Virus record (IMG/VR): IMGVR_UViG_3300035698_019959
Span: 443-64,442 of that record
DNA: 64,000 bases
Origin: a virus
Taxonomy: Duplodnaviria > Caudoviricetes
Reading direction: 5' to 3' (one strand)
Part shown: positions 18,230 through 28,402 of the stretch, piece by piece
Numbering within the stretch: position 1 is the stretch's first letter
Layout: each line of letters starts with the position of its first letter
The notes under the pieces: model-generated
The model's database searches: none
Seen by the model: only the letters and a program-made list of their open reading frames with translations
Told to the model about the DNA's origin: nothing
Program-made: the position numbers and the translations under genes

Positions 18230-19230
18230 TGCCAAAGATGACAGTGGGTATAAATACAGCACAAATAGATTATCCTTATTCTGCTTACCCAGACGTGCAT
18301 CTGTTTGAAATGACTATGAAGAGTCTGCGTGAGCAAACTTTTAAAGATTTTGAAGTTGTTGTTGCTGATGTAAATTACGAACAAAGAAAAAACTATTTCA
18401 TAGATCATCCTGAAGACTTTCCAGTTAATCACGTTCCGATAAAGCCAAATATTTGGATTCCATTTAATCATATGGCAATAGCTACTACGAAGAATACAAT
18501 TCTCTTGCATGCAAAGGGTGACATAATTACATCAGTAGGTTCTTCTGTACGTTTGGACAAATACTTTTTAGAAGCTGTTTTAAGCGGTGTGACCGAAGAT
18601 TGTTGTGTGGTTAATCGGTTTTCTATTAATTGTGGGGAAAAGATTATTTTTCATGATGGTAGAGATCCTGCTGATTCTCATTCTTCTGTTCATGGAAATG
18701 TGTCTATGACTAAAGAGAATTGGATGTTAATAAATGGATATGACGAAATGCTTGATGGATGTAAGGGGTTAGAAGATTGTGATATTGGAATAAGGTTGGT
18801 TAGAGCGGGTAAGAAGATAAAGTTGATTGGCCCAAAGATTGTGTATGAAGATCATGTCACTTATTATCCTTTATTGCGTGATGGCCCTGGGTTTCAGAAG
18901 TGTCCGCACCTATTATTAGAGATATCTAAAAAAAGAAGTCAAATTCGTGCTAACGAAACTCCATTGACTGATCAAGAGTATAGTTATTTAAAGATGTGCA
19001 AATTAGGGGATCAAAGAGATAGTTGTATTTTATTTCCTGATCAACCATGCATTCATTGCACTGAAGACAACAAATGTTATTTTGGGGAAGAGCCTGAGTT
19101 GATGGGATTGTATAAGCATCCTTCTTTGATTTTTGATTTAAAAGAAATGCGTAAAAACATTGATTCGGCTATTTTGGCATTAATATATATGTGTAGTCTA
19201 GAAGAATTAAAAGAATTTATAGGGGGATAA
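18226..19230 (+). CDS. glycosyltransferase GT-A (GT2 with GT7C-like C-terminal motif), paralog 1
   Basis: SLREQTFKDFEVVVAD, KNTILLHAKGD, INGYDEMLDG.KGLED.D. Confidence 0.85.
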   Translation: MMPKMTVGINTAQIDYPYSAYPDVHLFEMTMKSLREQTFKDFEVVVADVNYEQRKNYFIDHPEDFPVNHVPIKPNIWIPFNHMAIATTKNTILLHAKGDIITSVGSSVRLDKYFLEAVLSGVTEDCCVVNRFSINCGEKIIFHDGRDPADSHSSVHGNVSMTKENWMLINGYDEMLDGCKGLEDCDIGIRLVRAGKKIKLIGPKIVYEDHVTYYPLLRDGPGFQKCPHLLLEISKKRSQIRANETPLTDQEYSYLKMCKLGDQRDSCILFPDQPCIHCTEDNKCYFGEEPELMGLYKHPSLIFDLKEMRKNIDSAILALIYMCSLEELKEFIGG

Positions 19231-19232
19231 AA

Positions 19233-19748
19233 ATGGATGAATATCAAGAAAGGTACAAAGGGCACCAACAAAGAAAAAGGGAAATGCTGATGAAGATAAT
19301 GGAAGAGAGACATTCTGATAGAATTTTTAGTGATAAAGAAGTTGAGTTGGAGAAGGTGAATGCATTGACCAAGTGTGTTAATTTGTGCCCCACTTCTTGT
19401 GGTAGAAGGGCAATAAGTTTAAAAGTTGTTTCTGATAGAGATAAAAAGAATTTGTTAGGTGGAATTTTAGTGGGTGGAACTGGCTGGATAAATAGAGCGA
19501 AACATATTTTTTTAATTTTTGCAAACGGAGAGGCTTATAAAGCAGGAGATGAAATTAATTTTATGCCATACTTAGACGCAGGGGTGGTAGCTCAACAATT
19601 ATATTTAATGGCTACGACTTTAGATTTAAAATGCTGTTATGTTAATCCGAATATAAGGGAAATGAATAAAGAGCATTTTAAAAATATTTTTGGAGATGGG
19701 CTCTTTTGTGGGGCTTTTGCTATAGGATATGGAGAAAATAATGCCTGA
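19233..19748 (+). CDS. nitroreductase-family protein
   Basis: RHSDRIFS, CPTSCGR, LDAGVVAQQLYLMAT.L.L.CC. Confidence 0.85.
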   Translation: MDEYQERYKGHQQRKREMLMKIMEERHSDRIFSDKEVELEKVNALTKCVNLCPTSCGRRAISLKVVSDRDKKNLLGGILVGGTGWINRAKHIFLIFANGEAYKAGDEINFMPYLDAGVVAQQLYLMATTLDLKCCYVNPNIREMNKEHFKNIFGDGLFCGAFAIGYGENNA

Positions 19749-20757
19749 AATATCTATTTGTGTGGGAACGGCTCATAGCGATCACGCTATGTTGGGTAAT
19801 CCTAAGATGCATATTTTTAAGTACCTCACAAAGTCTTTAAGGGAACAAACCTTCAAAGATTTTGAATTGGTTCTGACGGACACTCTTTATGAGCAGAGAA
19901 AAGATTATTTTAAGAAGTTCCCTGAAGACTTTGTTGTTAAGCATGTTCCTGTGAAGCCGAATATTTGGATGCCTCAGGGATATTGCGCAATAGCTACTAC
20001 TAAGAATACAAGTTTGTTACACGCCGAGGGCAAGATAGTTGTTTATACTGGTGATTGTTCTAGCTTACCTCCTAACTTTTTAAAAACTATTGTAGAAAAA
20101 ATAAGATCGAATCGCTGTATAGCAAACACTTACGAGATATATTCGGGAAGGAAGCAAGTTTTTAAGGATAGGAGAGCTCCTGGAATAGTCCAAGGTACGT
20201 ACGGTAATGTTTCTTTATATATGAAGGACGCATTAGAGCTGAATGGATACAATGAGATGTTTGATGGCTCTAAGGGTTTGGAAGATTGTGACTTTGGTAG
20301 GAGAATGTATTCTAAGGGAATGATAATTGAATTAATAGATCTCCCTGTTCGGTATCAACAACACAAGGGTGACTTCCCAACTTTAGAAGCTCAACCACTA
20401 AAATGCCCAAGACTGATGGAAATGATGAGCTGTGATAGATCTAGGATAAAAATATATAAAGCAAATTCTGTACCGTATACAGAAAAGGAAATTGATCGCT
20501 TGTTAGAATGTTCTGAAATATCAAAAGGCCATTTCTGTAAATATGTACGAGATATTAATGGTGACTCAATTGAATGTAGAAGTGGGTTGAATCAAGACGG
20601 TAAGGCAAAATATAGTGATGTTGTTAAAATAAGATTTATGTACAATCATCCTTCTTTGATCTTCGATTTAAAAGAACAAAAGAAGAGTATAAATAAAGCT
20701 TTGTTCGATTTAGACAAATTATGTCAAGATGTGGGGGCGAGATATGCCAAAAGTTAG
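19741..20757 (+). CDS. glycosyltransferase GT-A, paralog 2
   Basis: SLREQTFKDFELVLTD, LNGYNEMFDG.KGLED.D; GGAG RBS before ATG 19741. Confidence 0.85.
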   Translation: MPEISICVGTAHSDHAMLGNPKMHIFKYLTKSLREQTFKDFELVLTDTLYEQRKDYFKKFPEDFVVKHVPVKPNIWMPQGYCAIATTKNTSLLHAEGKIVVYTGDCSSLPPNFLKTIVEKIRSNRCIANTYEIYSGRKQVFKDRRAPGIVQGTYGNVSLYMKDALELNGYNEMFDGSKGLEDCDFGRRMYSKGMIIELIDLPVRYQQHKGDFPTLEAQPLKCPRLMEMMSCDRSRIKIYKANSVPYTEKEIDRLLECSEISKGHFCKYVRDINGDSIECRSGLNQDGKAKYSDVVKIRFMYNHPSLIFDLKEQKKSINKALFDLDKLCQDVGARYAKS

Positions 20758-21775
20758 TGTAGTATATACAACAATTAGAAGAGACTTTCCTATGTTAAGT
20801 TTGCCGGATATTCATCAGTTTACTATGTTTTTAGATTCTGTTGAGAAGCAAACTTTTAAAGATGATATAGAAGTCATTATAGTAGACGCCTTAAAGGATC
20901 GCAAAATAAGCAATCCAATTACTCCTATGTTTGATGGGGTTACTAGAGGTGATTTTGATTTTTCTAAGTACTCTTTCCCGATAAAGCATATCAGACCTTT
21001 GCCAAGTTATTGGTTAGACGAAGGATTTTCGTCTTATTGTCATTGTGTTAACACTGGCATTATTGCTGCTGATGGTGAGTTGATTGTATTATTTGATGAT
21101 TGTTCAGAAATAATAGGCACGGAAGCTTTAGAATTACATTGGGAGTGGTATAAGAAAGGTGACGGTAAACAGTTCGCTCGTTCTATTTTTGAATACTGGA
21201 AAGGCGGTTCTCCTGTTCTACATCATCCTGATCATAAGACCCATGCGGGAAGACCCATAAGACATTCGGCATATGATTATCTTGCTAGAACAAATAAATT
21301 ATATTTAATACACGAGAAGATGTTTTGTGCCTTTGGGTATTACTCGTTTAGTTTAGATGTGATGTTAGAGTTGAACGGATATAATGAAATGTTTGATGGA
21401 GCGAAGGGTGCAGAAGATTTCGATATGGGCTGTCGCTTAATAGATTTTGGTGTTCGGTCGATAGCGGATATGCGGTTAAGAGTGATAGAACATTTCCACG
21501 AGCCTATGGTTTTCCATGGAGTAAACCATAATCGTGGTCGTAGGAATAATGTTGCTATTCACGAAGCACTCTTAAAGCGCGGTCCAACATTTAAAAGAGC
21601 AAATGAGAAGCCGCTGACCGAAGAAGAATATAATTTTATGTTAGAAAGAGATAGAGTGTATGTTCCTAATTTTGTAGAAGACGAGTATATTAAGAGAATT
21701 AAAACTCACCCACCAATTTTTGATTTAAAAGACCTGAGGAGGAAATATCGTGAAGGATTCTATGATGAGAAATAA
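20744..21775 (+). CDS. glycosyltransferase GT-A, paralog 3
   Basis: QTFKDDIEVIIVD, NTGIIAADGELIVLFDDC, LNGYNEMFDG.KG.ED.D. Confidence 0.85.
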   Translation: MPKVSVVYTTIRRDFPMLSLPDIHQFTMFLDSVEKQTFKDDIEVIIVDALKDRKISNPITPMFDGVTRGDFDFSKYSFPIKHIRPLPSYWLDEGFSSYCHCVNTGIIAADGELIVLFDDCSEIIGTEALELHWEWYKKGDGKQFARSIFEYWKGGSPVLHHPDHKTHAGRPIRHSAYDYLARTNKLYLIHEKMFCAFGYYSFSLDVMLELNGYNEMFDGAKGAEDFDMGCRLIDFGVRSIADMRLRVIEHFHEPMVFHGVNHNRGRRNNVAIHEALLKRGPTFKRANEKPLTEEEYNFMLERDRVYVPNFVEDEYIKRIKTHPPIFDLKDLRRKYREGFYDEK

Positions 21776-22331
21776 TGGTGTAAAAGAAAGAATTTATATT
21801 ACTGATAGTGAGTTAGAGATTATTGAGAACAGGTTATCGGTAGAAGCTCATGTCCAGAGATATGGCTTTGTGCGTCAGTATGTTCACGATCATGTTTTAG
21901 ATTGTGCTTGTGGGTGTGGGTACGGAACTTATATGTTATCTAAGAACCCTGATGTTAAATCTATTATAGGAGTTGATAGATCTAAAGAGGCAATTGATTT
22001 TGCTATGGATAATTATTGTGATAAAAAAACTTTTTTTACTCATTGTGAAAATATAGAAGATTTTGAGGTTGAGTGTATAGATCAGTTGGTTTCTATAGAG
22101 ACGATAGAGCATTTAAAAGATCCCATGACTTTAATAGAGATGGCTATAAGGAATGAGGTTCCGGAATTAATTATTTCTTTCCCGACTAAAAAGTCCACTC
22201 ATTATAATAAGTTTCACTATCATGATTTTACATTCAACGATATCAAAGAGATGTTGGTTGGATATTATAAGGTAAAAGATTCATTTGAATATAAGCGAGA
22301 AGTAGGGTTTGTTTTCGCCAAAAAAATATAA
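21762..22331 (+). CDS. class I SAM-dependent methyltransferase
   Basis: H.QRY.F, VLDCACG.GYG, GVD, SIETIEHL. Confidence 0.9.
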   Translation: MMRNNGVKERIYITDSELEIIENRLSVEAHVQRYGFVRQYVHDHVLDCACGCGYGTYMLSKNPDVKSIIGVDRSKEAIDFAMDNYCDKKTFFTHCENIEDFEVECIDQLVSIETIEHLKDPMTLIEMAIRNEVPELIISFPTKKSTHYNKFHYHDFTFNDIKEMLVGYYKVKDSFEYKREVGFVFAKKI

Positions 22332-22345
22332 GGAGAATAAAAAAA

Positions 22346-23083
22346 ATGAAAGCTTCTGATTTTAATGCAAAGTATTATGATAAGAACTATTTTGTAACCC
22401 CAGAGGGCAAAAAATTTCATAACGCTGATGGTAAGGAATTGGGTTGGAGTTATAATAACCCTGAAGGAGAATTCTTAGGAGCTGGCCCGATAGCTCAGGC
22501 TTGGGCAACAATTTTCAAACCTAAGAATATGTTAGATGTGGGTTGTGGCCGTGGAACATTCGTAGCGTATGCTCGCAAGGCGGGTATTGAAGCGCACGGA
22601 TTTGATTTTTCAGAATTCGCTACAAGCGAAGAAGGAAAGTATGCTGGTTGTGAAAAGGGATGGTTAAAGTGTCACGATGCTTCAAAACCTTGGCCGTATC
22701 CAGATAATCATTTTGATTTAGTAACGTGTTTAGATTTGTTCGAACATATTTACGAAGAAGACCTACCTCAAGTGATTAATGAAATGTTTAGGGTAGCAAA
22801 GAAGTGGGTATTTATTCAAATTTGTACGGTTAATGGCCAAGAAGGTTATACACTAGGTAAGAAAGAAAGTGTTCCGATAGAGCTTGAGGGAATGGCCGTT
22901 GCAGGACATGTTTGCATTAAGCCAGAGTATTGGTGGAATTATAGGTTTTATAAAAATGAGTGGCTTCCTAGGAAGGTTATGACCGAGAGATTTATTTCTC
23001 TGGTGGATAACAATATTATTTCCAATTGGATAAGGAATTCAATTTTAGTTTTTGAAAAAGATATCGATGGTTCGGGGGAGTAA
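22346..23083 (+). CDS. class I SAM-dependent methyltransferase
   Basis: MLDVGCGRG, GFDFS, FDLVTCLDLFEHI, GHV.IKPE.WW. Confidence 0.9.
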   Translation: MKASDFNAKYYDKNYFVTPEGKKFHNADGKELGWSYNNPEGEFLGAGPIAQAWATIFKPKNMLDVGCGRGTFVAYARKAGIEAHGFDFSEFATSEEGKYAGCEKGWLKCHDASKPWPYPDNHFDLVTCLDLFEHIYEEDLPQVINEMFRVAKKWVFIQICTVNGQEGYTLGKKESVPIELEGMAVAGHVCIKPEYWWNYRFYKNEWLPRKVMTERFISLVDNNIISNWIRNSILVFEKDIDGSGE

Positions 23084-23111
23084 TTAATTTTAACAACATG
23101 AGAGAGTGGTA

Positions 23112-24053
23112 ATGAAAATTCAATTTTTTAAACGTACTGATACAACATCTTTTGATTATTTGGGAACTTGTATTTCAGAGATCTGTAGGGCTCATGGTCA
23201 TAAGGTCGTTGTAAAGAGTATAAATAAATTTGTAGAGGGAGAAGGTATTGAGAGAGCTGAAGTGGGGATGTCTTATGGTTTAATTTCTGATATAAGGCAT
23301 CTTGCTGCTTATCCTATAAAAATTGCTGGCTTGGTCTGTGAGAAGGATTTAACCCCTAAAGAAATAAAAATAATTAAAAATATAGATCCTACAGAGATTT
23401 GGGTACCTAGTGAGTTTGTAATGAAGAAATTCCAAGAGGCTGGTTTTATAAAAAACTTGGCATTGGTTCCTCATGGTTTGGGCGAAGTCACAAAGGTTAA
23501 GAATAAAAAACGTACGGATAAGGTTCTAATGATTTTTAATTCTTATAAGAAGGCAGATTTTAGTGTAGAAAGAAAAGGAATTTTTGAAGTACTAGAAGCA
23601 TGGGGTAAATATAAAATACCACAAAAATTGATCCTAAGAACCAAGTATAGAAATTATTATGGAAAATATGATCTATCCAATGTTTCTTTTATAGAAGATA
23701 GAGTCGAAGATATCGGTGGATTGTTAAATGATTGTGATGCTGTTCTTTGCCCTAGTTATTCAGAAGGGTTTGGGATTGTTGGGTTAGAGGCTTTGGCTCA
23801 TGGCGTTCCCTTGATATCGACCAAGACGGGGAATGATTATCTTCAAAAGGATGTTTTTTATACTCATATAGATTTGCCAGTGACAGTAGAAAAGATAAAG
23901 ATAGCTATTGATGAGACGTATTTAGATTTAGATATAAATAAAAAAATAGCAATGGGGCAGGCTGATCGAGTATATAAAAAGTATAAATGGCAAAGTCTTT
24001 ATAAGATAATTGAAAAAAGAATTAGTGTTTTAAAATCTAAGAGATACTCCTAA
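23112..24053 (+). CDS. glycosyltransferase, GT4 (GT-B)
   Basis: VPSEF, VPHG, RKG, PSYSEGFGIVGLEALAHGVP (Ex7E). Confidence 0.9.
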   Translation: MKIQFFKRTDTTSFDYLGTCISEICRAHGHKVVVKSINKFVEGEGIERAEVGMSYGLISDIRHLAAYPIKIAGLVCEKDLTPKEIKIIKNIDPTEIWVPSEFVMKKFQEAGFIKNLALVPHGLGEVTKVKNKKRTDKVLMIFNSYKKADFSVERKGIFEVLEAWGKYKIPQKLILRTKYRNYYGKYDLSNVSFIEDRVEDIGGLLNDCDAVLCPSYSEGFGIVGLEALAHGVPLISTKTGNDYLQKDVFYTHIDLPVTVEKIKIAIDETYLDLDINKKIAMGQADRVYKKYKWQSLYKIIEKRISVLKSKRYS

Positions 24054-24082
24054 TTTAATTTTGATGAACAATTATATATAAT
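24054..24082 (+). promoter_or_regulatory. putative late promoter
   Basis: TTTAAT-N17-TATAAT. Confidence 0.6.
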
Positions 24083-24129
24083 AAATAAATGAATAAAATT
24101 TTATATAATCAAGAAAGGGGAATTATAGA

Positions 24130-25050
24130 ATGAGTTATAAACAAAATATGTTTCTTTCACCAGCAGAGAAAGAAATAATTAATACACTTATGCCGGGTGG
24201 GTTCCAGGCAAATATGTTGGAGATTTGGGCAAAAAGCGATGAGACGAATTTTCTTTACAAATTTAAGAACGCAAACTCTTACGCTAGAATTGCTTATACA
24301 AGTGCTACTGTAGTTGCTCTTGCTTCAGAGACTCCTTGGCTTTATGATGTCTTGAGGGGCTATTTAGTTATAGATGGGGTTACAGCTGGTATTGATCTTG
24401 ATAAGATGAATCTTACTTTAGAGCCAGAGCCGATGATTGCTAATGGAGATGATGGTTTAGCCGCAGATATTACAGTTTCTGGCGCGGGTGGATTAGACAC
24501 TGGTATAGAAGCGGTTTCTACTTGGTATTATGTTTTTGCTATTGGTAAGTCAACTGATCCAACAGATGTTGATCTTCTTTTGAGTGCCTCTGCGCCAACT
24601 GATGATATCACACTTCCGACTGGTTATGATTTAGCTGTTCGTATTGGTATGGTTTACAACAATGCTTCAGGCGATTTTGCTTCATTCCAAGAAGTAGATT
24701 GTTTTAATTATCGTGAATATTGGTTCACAACTAGTATAAAGATTTTAGAAGATGGTGCTGAAACTGATTGGACAGAAGTTTTTCCTGATGCTCTTCCCGA
24801 TAGAATTGCTATAACAGTTCTTGGATCATTTTTAAGATTTAGTTTAGATGCATCTTGTGAAGCAAGCGTAGGTTACACTACTGGAATTGAATTCTTCAGT
24901 TTAGATTATGCTTTGGCTCAGTATCATTATAATAATGAGTACATGCCTAATCTTTCAGATGAAGAGATTTGGTATAAGGTTACGAGTGGTGGTGGCGAGA
25001 CCATGGATATATATGTAAATGGATTTAAGTATAATACTTATATTGGTTAA
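24130..25050 (+). CDS. putative fibre/decoration protein, paralog A
   Basis: GGLDTG.EA.STWYYVFAI...LPTGYD...IG..YNN.SGDF..FQ domain typical of phage fibre proteins. Confidence 0.65.
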   Translation: MSYKQNMFLSPAEKEIINTLMPGGFQANMLEIWAKSDETNFLYKFKNANSYARIAYTSATVVALASETPWLYDVLRGYLVIDGVTAGIDLDKMNLTLEPEPMIANGDDGLAADITVSGAGGLDTGIEAVSTWYYVFAIGKSTDPTDVDLLLSASAPTDDITLPTGYDLAVRIGMVYNNASGDFASFQEVDCFNYREYWFTTSIKILEDGAETDWTEVFPDALPDRIAITVLGSFLRFSLDASCEASVGYTTGIEFFSLDYALAQYHYNNEYMPNLSDEEIWYKVTSGGGETMDIYVNGFKYNTYIG

Positions 25051-25080
25051 AAATAATTTAAAGAAAGTGGAGGTTTAATA

Positions 25081-25980
25081 ATGTCAGTTTTTCAAAAATT
25101 TTGGTTAAAAGCAGGTATTGATCTTTTGACTTTGGATACGCTTAATCCAGGTAAAATGGAAGCGGGTTTGGCTCTTGAGCAAATGGGTGCCCTAACAAGA
25201 ATGGGTGCATTCCAGGATCTTATGAGTAAAATAGGTACAGGATTTAATTGTATACATTCTAATAGTGCTTCGGCATATATAGAGAATGGTGGATATGATT
25301 ATGATGTATTGGCTCTTGATAATGTTGAAGAGGATGCGAGTCATTTTTTTACAACTCCTGAACCTATGTATGATCTCGACAATGAGAACACTAAGACCGT
25401 AAGTCTTGCTGTTTCTGGTCTTGATGGTTTAGACACTGGAACAGAAGCGGTTTCAACTTTGTATTATCTTTATGCGATTGCAAATTCTAGTTACCCTGGA
25501 GTTATTCATGGTATTTGGAGTGTAGAGTCAGAAGTTGGTGATGTTACATTACCTACGGGTTATGATCAAGTTGTTCCAATTTCTTTTGCGTATAACGATA
25601 GTGGTAGTGATTTTGAACCATTTCAAACTTATCCTACACATACAGATGGAGGCAGGCGTTATGTTTATTTGAATGCCCCTTCTATTTTAGCAGCTGGTGA
25701 GTCCGCTACGTATGTAGAAATTGTAAAAGCAAGTGCAAAAGTTCCTGATTGGAAAATTAATGGTGTTTGGATTAATATTTATACTAGTGATGGTACAAGT
25801 GTTTTTACCTTTAATAACAATTCTTGGAGTGATGGTTTATTTTCTACAATTTCTGTTCGTGAACCTATGGTTTTCGTTCCAAGTGACGATGGTTCTGTTC
25901 ATTACAAAAGAACAAGTGGACAAGGAACTGTGGCAGTAGAACTTGTTGCAATTGATTATGTCACTGTCGATGTAGATTAA
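25081..25980 (+). CDS. putative fibre/decoration protein, paralog B
   Basis: Same GLDTG.EAVST.YY.YAI...LPTGYD...YND.G.DF..FQ domain as 24130. Confidence 0.65.
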   Translation: MSVFQKFWLKAGIDLLTLDTLNPGKMEAGLALEQMGALTRMGAFQDLMSKIGTGFNCIHSNSASAYIENGGYDYDVLALDNVEEDASHFFTTPEPMYDLDNENTKTVSLAVSGLDGLDTGTEAVSTLYYLYAIANSSYPGVIHGIWSVESEVGDVTLPTGYDQVVPISFAYNDSGSDFEPFQTYPTHTDGGRRYVYLNAPSILAAGESATYVEIVKASAKVPDWKINGVWINIYTSDGTSVFTFNNNSWSDGLFSTISVREPMVFVPSDDGSVHYKRTSGQGTVAVELVAIDYVTVDVD

Positions 25981-25990
25981 TTGCGTGATA

Positions 25991-26019
25991 TTTAAAAAAT
26001 ATAAAGAATTATATATAAT
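25991..26019 (+). promoter_or_regulatory. putative late promoter for scaffold/MCP
   Basis: TTTAAA-N17-TATAAT. Confidence 0.65.
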
Positions 26020-26046
26020 TATGATATATGAAAGGAGAAATTAATA

Positions 26047-26790
26047 ATGAGTAAAAATAAAAATTTATATTCTAAGGAAGATCTCACGAAAGCTATTGAT
26101 GAGACTTTGGAAGATTTAGATTTAGAAGAAACAAAAGATGTAGAGATAGAAAATCTTGAAAATGAAAAAGAAGATGTTGTCGTTGAAGAAAAGGAAGAAG
26201 TTGTAGAAAAAGCTAAGAAGAAGAAAGAAAGTGATAAGAACGATGACGATGATGACGACGAAGATGGTGAAGACGGTAAGAAAAAAGTCCCTGAACAGTT
26301 TGAGAAGAAAAAGGACAAAAAAGAGAAAAAGGACAAAAAAGTGAAAAAGTCTATAGAGGTTGATGAGTCTGAATATAATGATCTTAAGAAAGCTTTTGTT
26401 GAATTAGAAGAGCTTAAAAAGACAGAAGAAGATTCGACTGATCTTAAGAAAGCTTTAACTGAAATTTCTGATCTTAAAAAGTCAGTTGCAGAGTTAAAGG
26501 CAGTCCCCGATGTCAAGAAGTCGGTAGATGGTATCGATATAATTGAAAAGGGTAATGCTGAAGATGGCAAGGTAAAGACTGATAAAGATCCTAAAAGCTT
26601 ACTGTCGAAACTTTCAAAAACTAAAGTAGCAGATATTATGTTTGAAGAACTCAAGAAGGGTGAAACCGATATAACATCTGAAGATATTTCGGGCATGGCA
26701 GCTACTGGATATATTGATGAGAATAGACCAGAAGTTTTAAACCAAACTCTTGAGGCAATCGGCCAAAGAGTAAAAGACGGTAGATTATAA
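26047..26790 (+). CDS. head scaffolding protein
   Basis: Highly charged coiled-coil protein immediately upstream of MCP; many x-x-K-[SAG] sites. Confidence 0.75.
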   Translation: MSKNKNLYSKEDLTKAIDETLEDLDLEETKDVEIENLENEKEDVVVEEKEEVVEKAKKKKESDKNDDDDDDEDGEDGKKKVPEQFEKKKDKKEKKDKKVKKSIEVDESEYNDLKKAFVELEELKKTEEDSTDLKKALTEISDLKKSVAELKAVPDVKKSVDGIDIIEKGNAEDGKVKTDKDPKSLLSKLSKTKVADIMFEELKKGETDITSEDISGMAATGYIDENRPEVLNQTLEAIGQRVKDGRL

Positions 26791-26823
26791 TTTTGAAAAT
26801 AGATAAGAAAGGAGATATATAAA

Positions 26824-28302
26824 ATGTTTAATGAGGCAAATTTTACAGAGGGCTTTGGGTCTTCTACAGTACAGGAATTAGAGGCTCTTAGAAAAGCTTT
26901 GACTGTCGATCATACTTATACTGCTGCTCCCGGAACTTTTACGGGCGCGGGCGCTTTACAGGTTGAATCTTTAGATGCTTCTCTTAAGAGTGTTACTTTT
27001 ACGAACAAGAATCTAACTATATGGCCACGTATCCCTAAGGATAAAGCATATAGTACGGTTGAACAGTATGTAAGACAAACCAGTTATGGTGAAAGCCAGA
27101 ATGGTGGATTTTTTGATTCTGAAGCAGGAGTTGCTCCTCATACAGAGGATCCTACTTGGAATAGACAGTATCAGTTAGTTCGTTATGTTGGAACGACTCG
27201 TTCAGTTGCTCATGTTGCAACTTTAGTAAAGCAAATTGGCGCTCCGATGATAGCAAAGGCTGTTGAGGCAGGAACCAAATGGATTCTGCAGCAAATGGAA
27301 AGACAACTTTGGTTGGCTAACAGTTATTTTGTAGGTGTTGATGGTATCTTTGATGGCGCTACGGCTGATATTCCGGCCACGTCTTTAAAGTTTAATGGTT
27401 TAGATCAGCAGATTCGTGCTGGTGATTCTGATGCGAAAGCAAAGTATACGGGTTTTGAGGGATATGATGATGACATTTCTGTTGTTGTTGATATGCTCGG
27501 AAGTATTCCCGATGAGGATGCTCTTGAAGAGGCTTCAAGAATTGTGGCTTCGAATTTTGGTATACCTACTGCGCTGTTTATGGATTACAAGGCACATAGT
27601 GATATCAGCAGAACCTTCTATCCGAAGGAATGGTATCCTCGTCCTGGTATGATGCAGGGTGGCCAAGGTGGTTTTGTATTATCAAAGTTTATCAGTTCTG
27701 CTGGTATTTATGATCTTATAGGAACTCGTTTCCTATCACCAAGACGTTCTGTTCTTGCTGCGGCAGAATCAGACGCTCCTAATACTCCTGTTGTTACGGG
27801 TACGGCAGCTGTTGCTGATGTTGCATCTAATTTAGATGCAGGAACTTATTATTTCAGAGCTTCTGCGATTGGCCAGTTTGGTGAGTCGCTTGCTTGTGCT
27901 GAAACAGTTGGTCAGGTCATTGCGGCCAATCAGCATGCTACGGTCACAATAGCTCCAGGAATTGTTGGTGCACAGTATTATGCTTTATTTAGGACCGAAA
28001 CCTCTGGTGCAAGTTGGTTGTTCATAGGTTTTGTGGCAGATTCTACTGGTAACGGTGGTGGTGCAACTTTTGTTGATGCTGGTAATTATTTACCAGGTTC
28101 TTCAAAGGCATATCTGCTTCAGTTAGAGTCGGCAGAAATTGTTTGGAGACAGTTAGCTCCATTGATGAAGATGGATCTTGCCGTTATTTCGCCTGCGTAC
28201 AGATGGATGCAATTACTTTACGGTACACCGATTGTATTCGCTCCGAGACATCATGTTATACTTGATAATATCGGTCAGGGCGTTGCAATTACTGCTCCGT
28301 AA
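26824..28302 (+). CDS. major capsid protein (Herelleviridae-like)
   Basis: KAL...GAGALQVESLD, KAYSTV.QY, F.GL, FG.PT..FM, L.PLMK.DLA, LLYGT....APR resemble Twort/K/SPO1-type MCPs as recalled; Ig/FN3-like insert near the C-terminus. Confidence 0.9.
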   Translation: MFNEANFTEGFGSSTVQELEALRKALTVDHTYTAAPGTFTGAGALQVESLDASLKSVTFTNKNLTIWPRIPKDKAYSTVEQYVRQTSYGESQNGGFFDSEAGVAPHTEDPTWNRQYQLVRYVGTTRSVAHVATLVKQIGAPMIAKAVEAGTKWILQQMERQLWLANSYFVGVDGIFDGATADIPATSLKFNGLDQQIRAGDSDAKAKYTGFEGYDDDISVVVDMLGSIPDEDALEEASRIVASNFGIPTALFMDYKAHSDISRTFYPKEWYPRPGMMQGGQGGFVLSKFISSAGIYDLIGTRFLSPRRSVLAAAESDAPNTPVVTGTAAVADVASNLDAGTYYFRASAIGQFGESLACAETVGQVIAANQHATVTIAPGIVGAQYYALFRTETSGASWLFIGFVADSTGNGGGATFVDAGNYLPGSSKAYLLQLESAEIVWRQLAPLMKMDLAVISPAYRWMQLLYGTPIVFAPRHHVILDNIGQGVAITAP

Positions 28303-28328
28303 ACATAAGTAATATATAGTTATTTTAT

Positions 28329-28363
28329 AAAGAGGGATGATTAATTTCATTCCTCTTTTTTTT
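28329..28363 (+). terminator. intrinsic terminator after MCP
   Basis: AAAGAGGGATGA/TCATTCCTCTTT stem plus T run. Confidence 0.85.
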
Positions 28364-28367
28364 ATCA

Positions 28368-28396
28368 TTTAATCTGAAACCTATGTACGGTATAAT
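28368..28396 (+). promoter_or_regulatory. putative late promoter (leaderless transcript)
   Basis: TTTAAT-N17-TATAAT; ATG begins 7 nt downstream; no SD. Confidence 0.6.
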
Positions 28397-28402
28397 AACG
28401 CT

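Noticed and set aside
16073-24053. Host chromosomal LPS/capsule locus or chimeric assembly
   Set aside because: No transport or polymerase genes, phage-like composition and gene packing, and seamless coupling to head genes on both sides.
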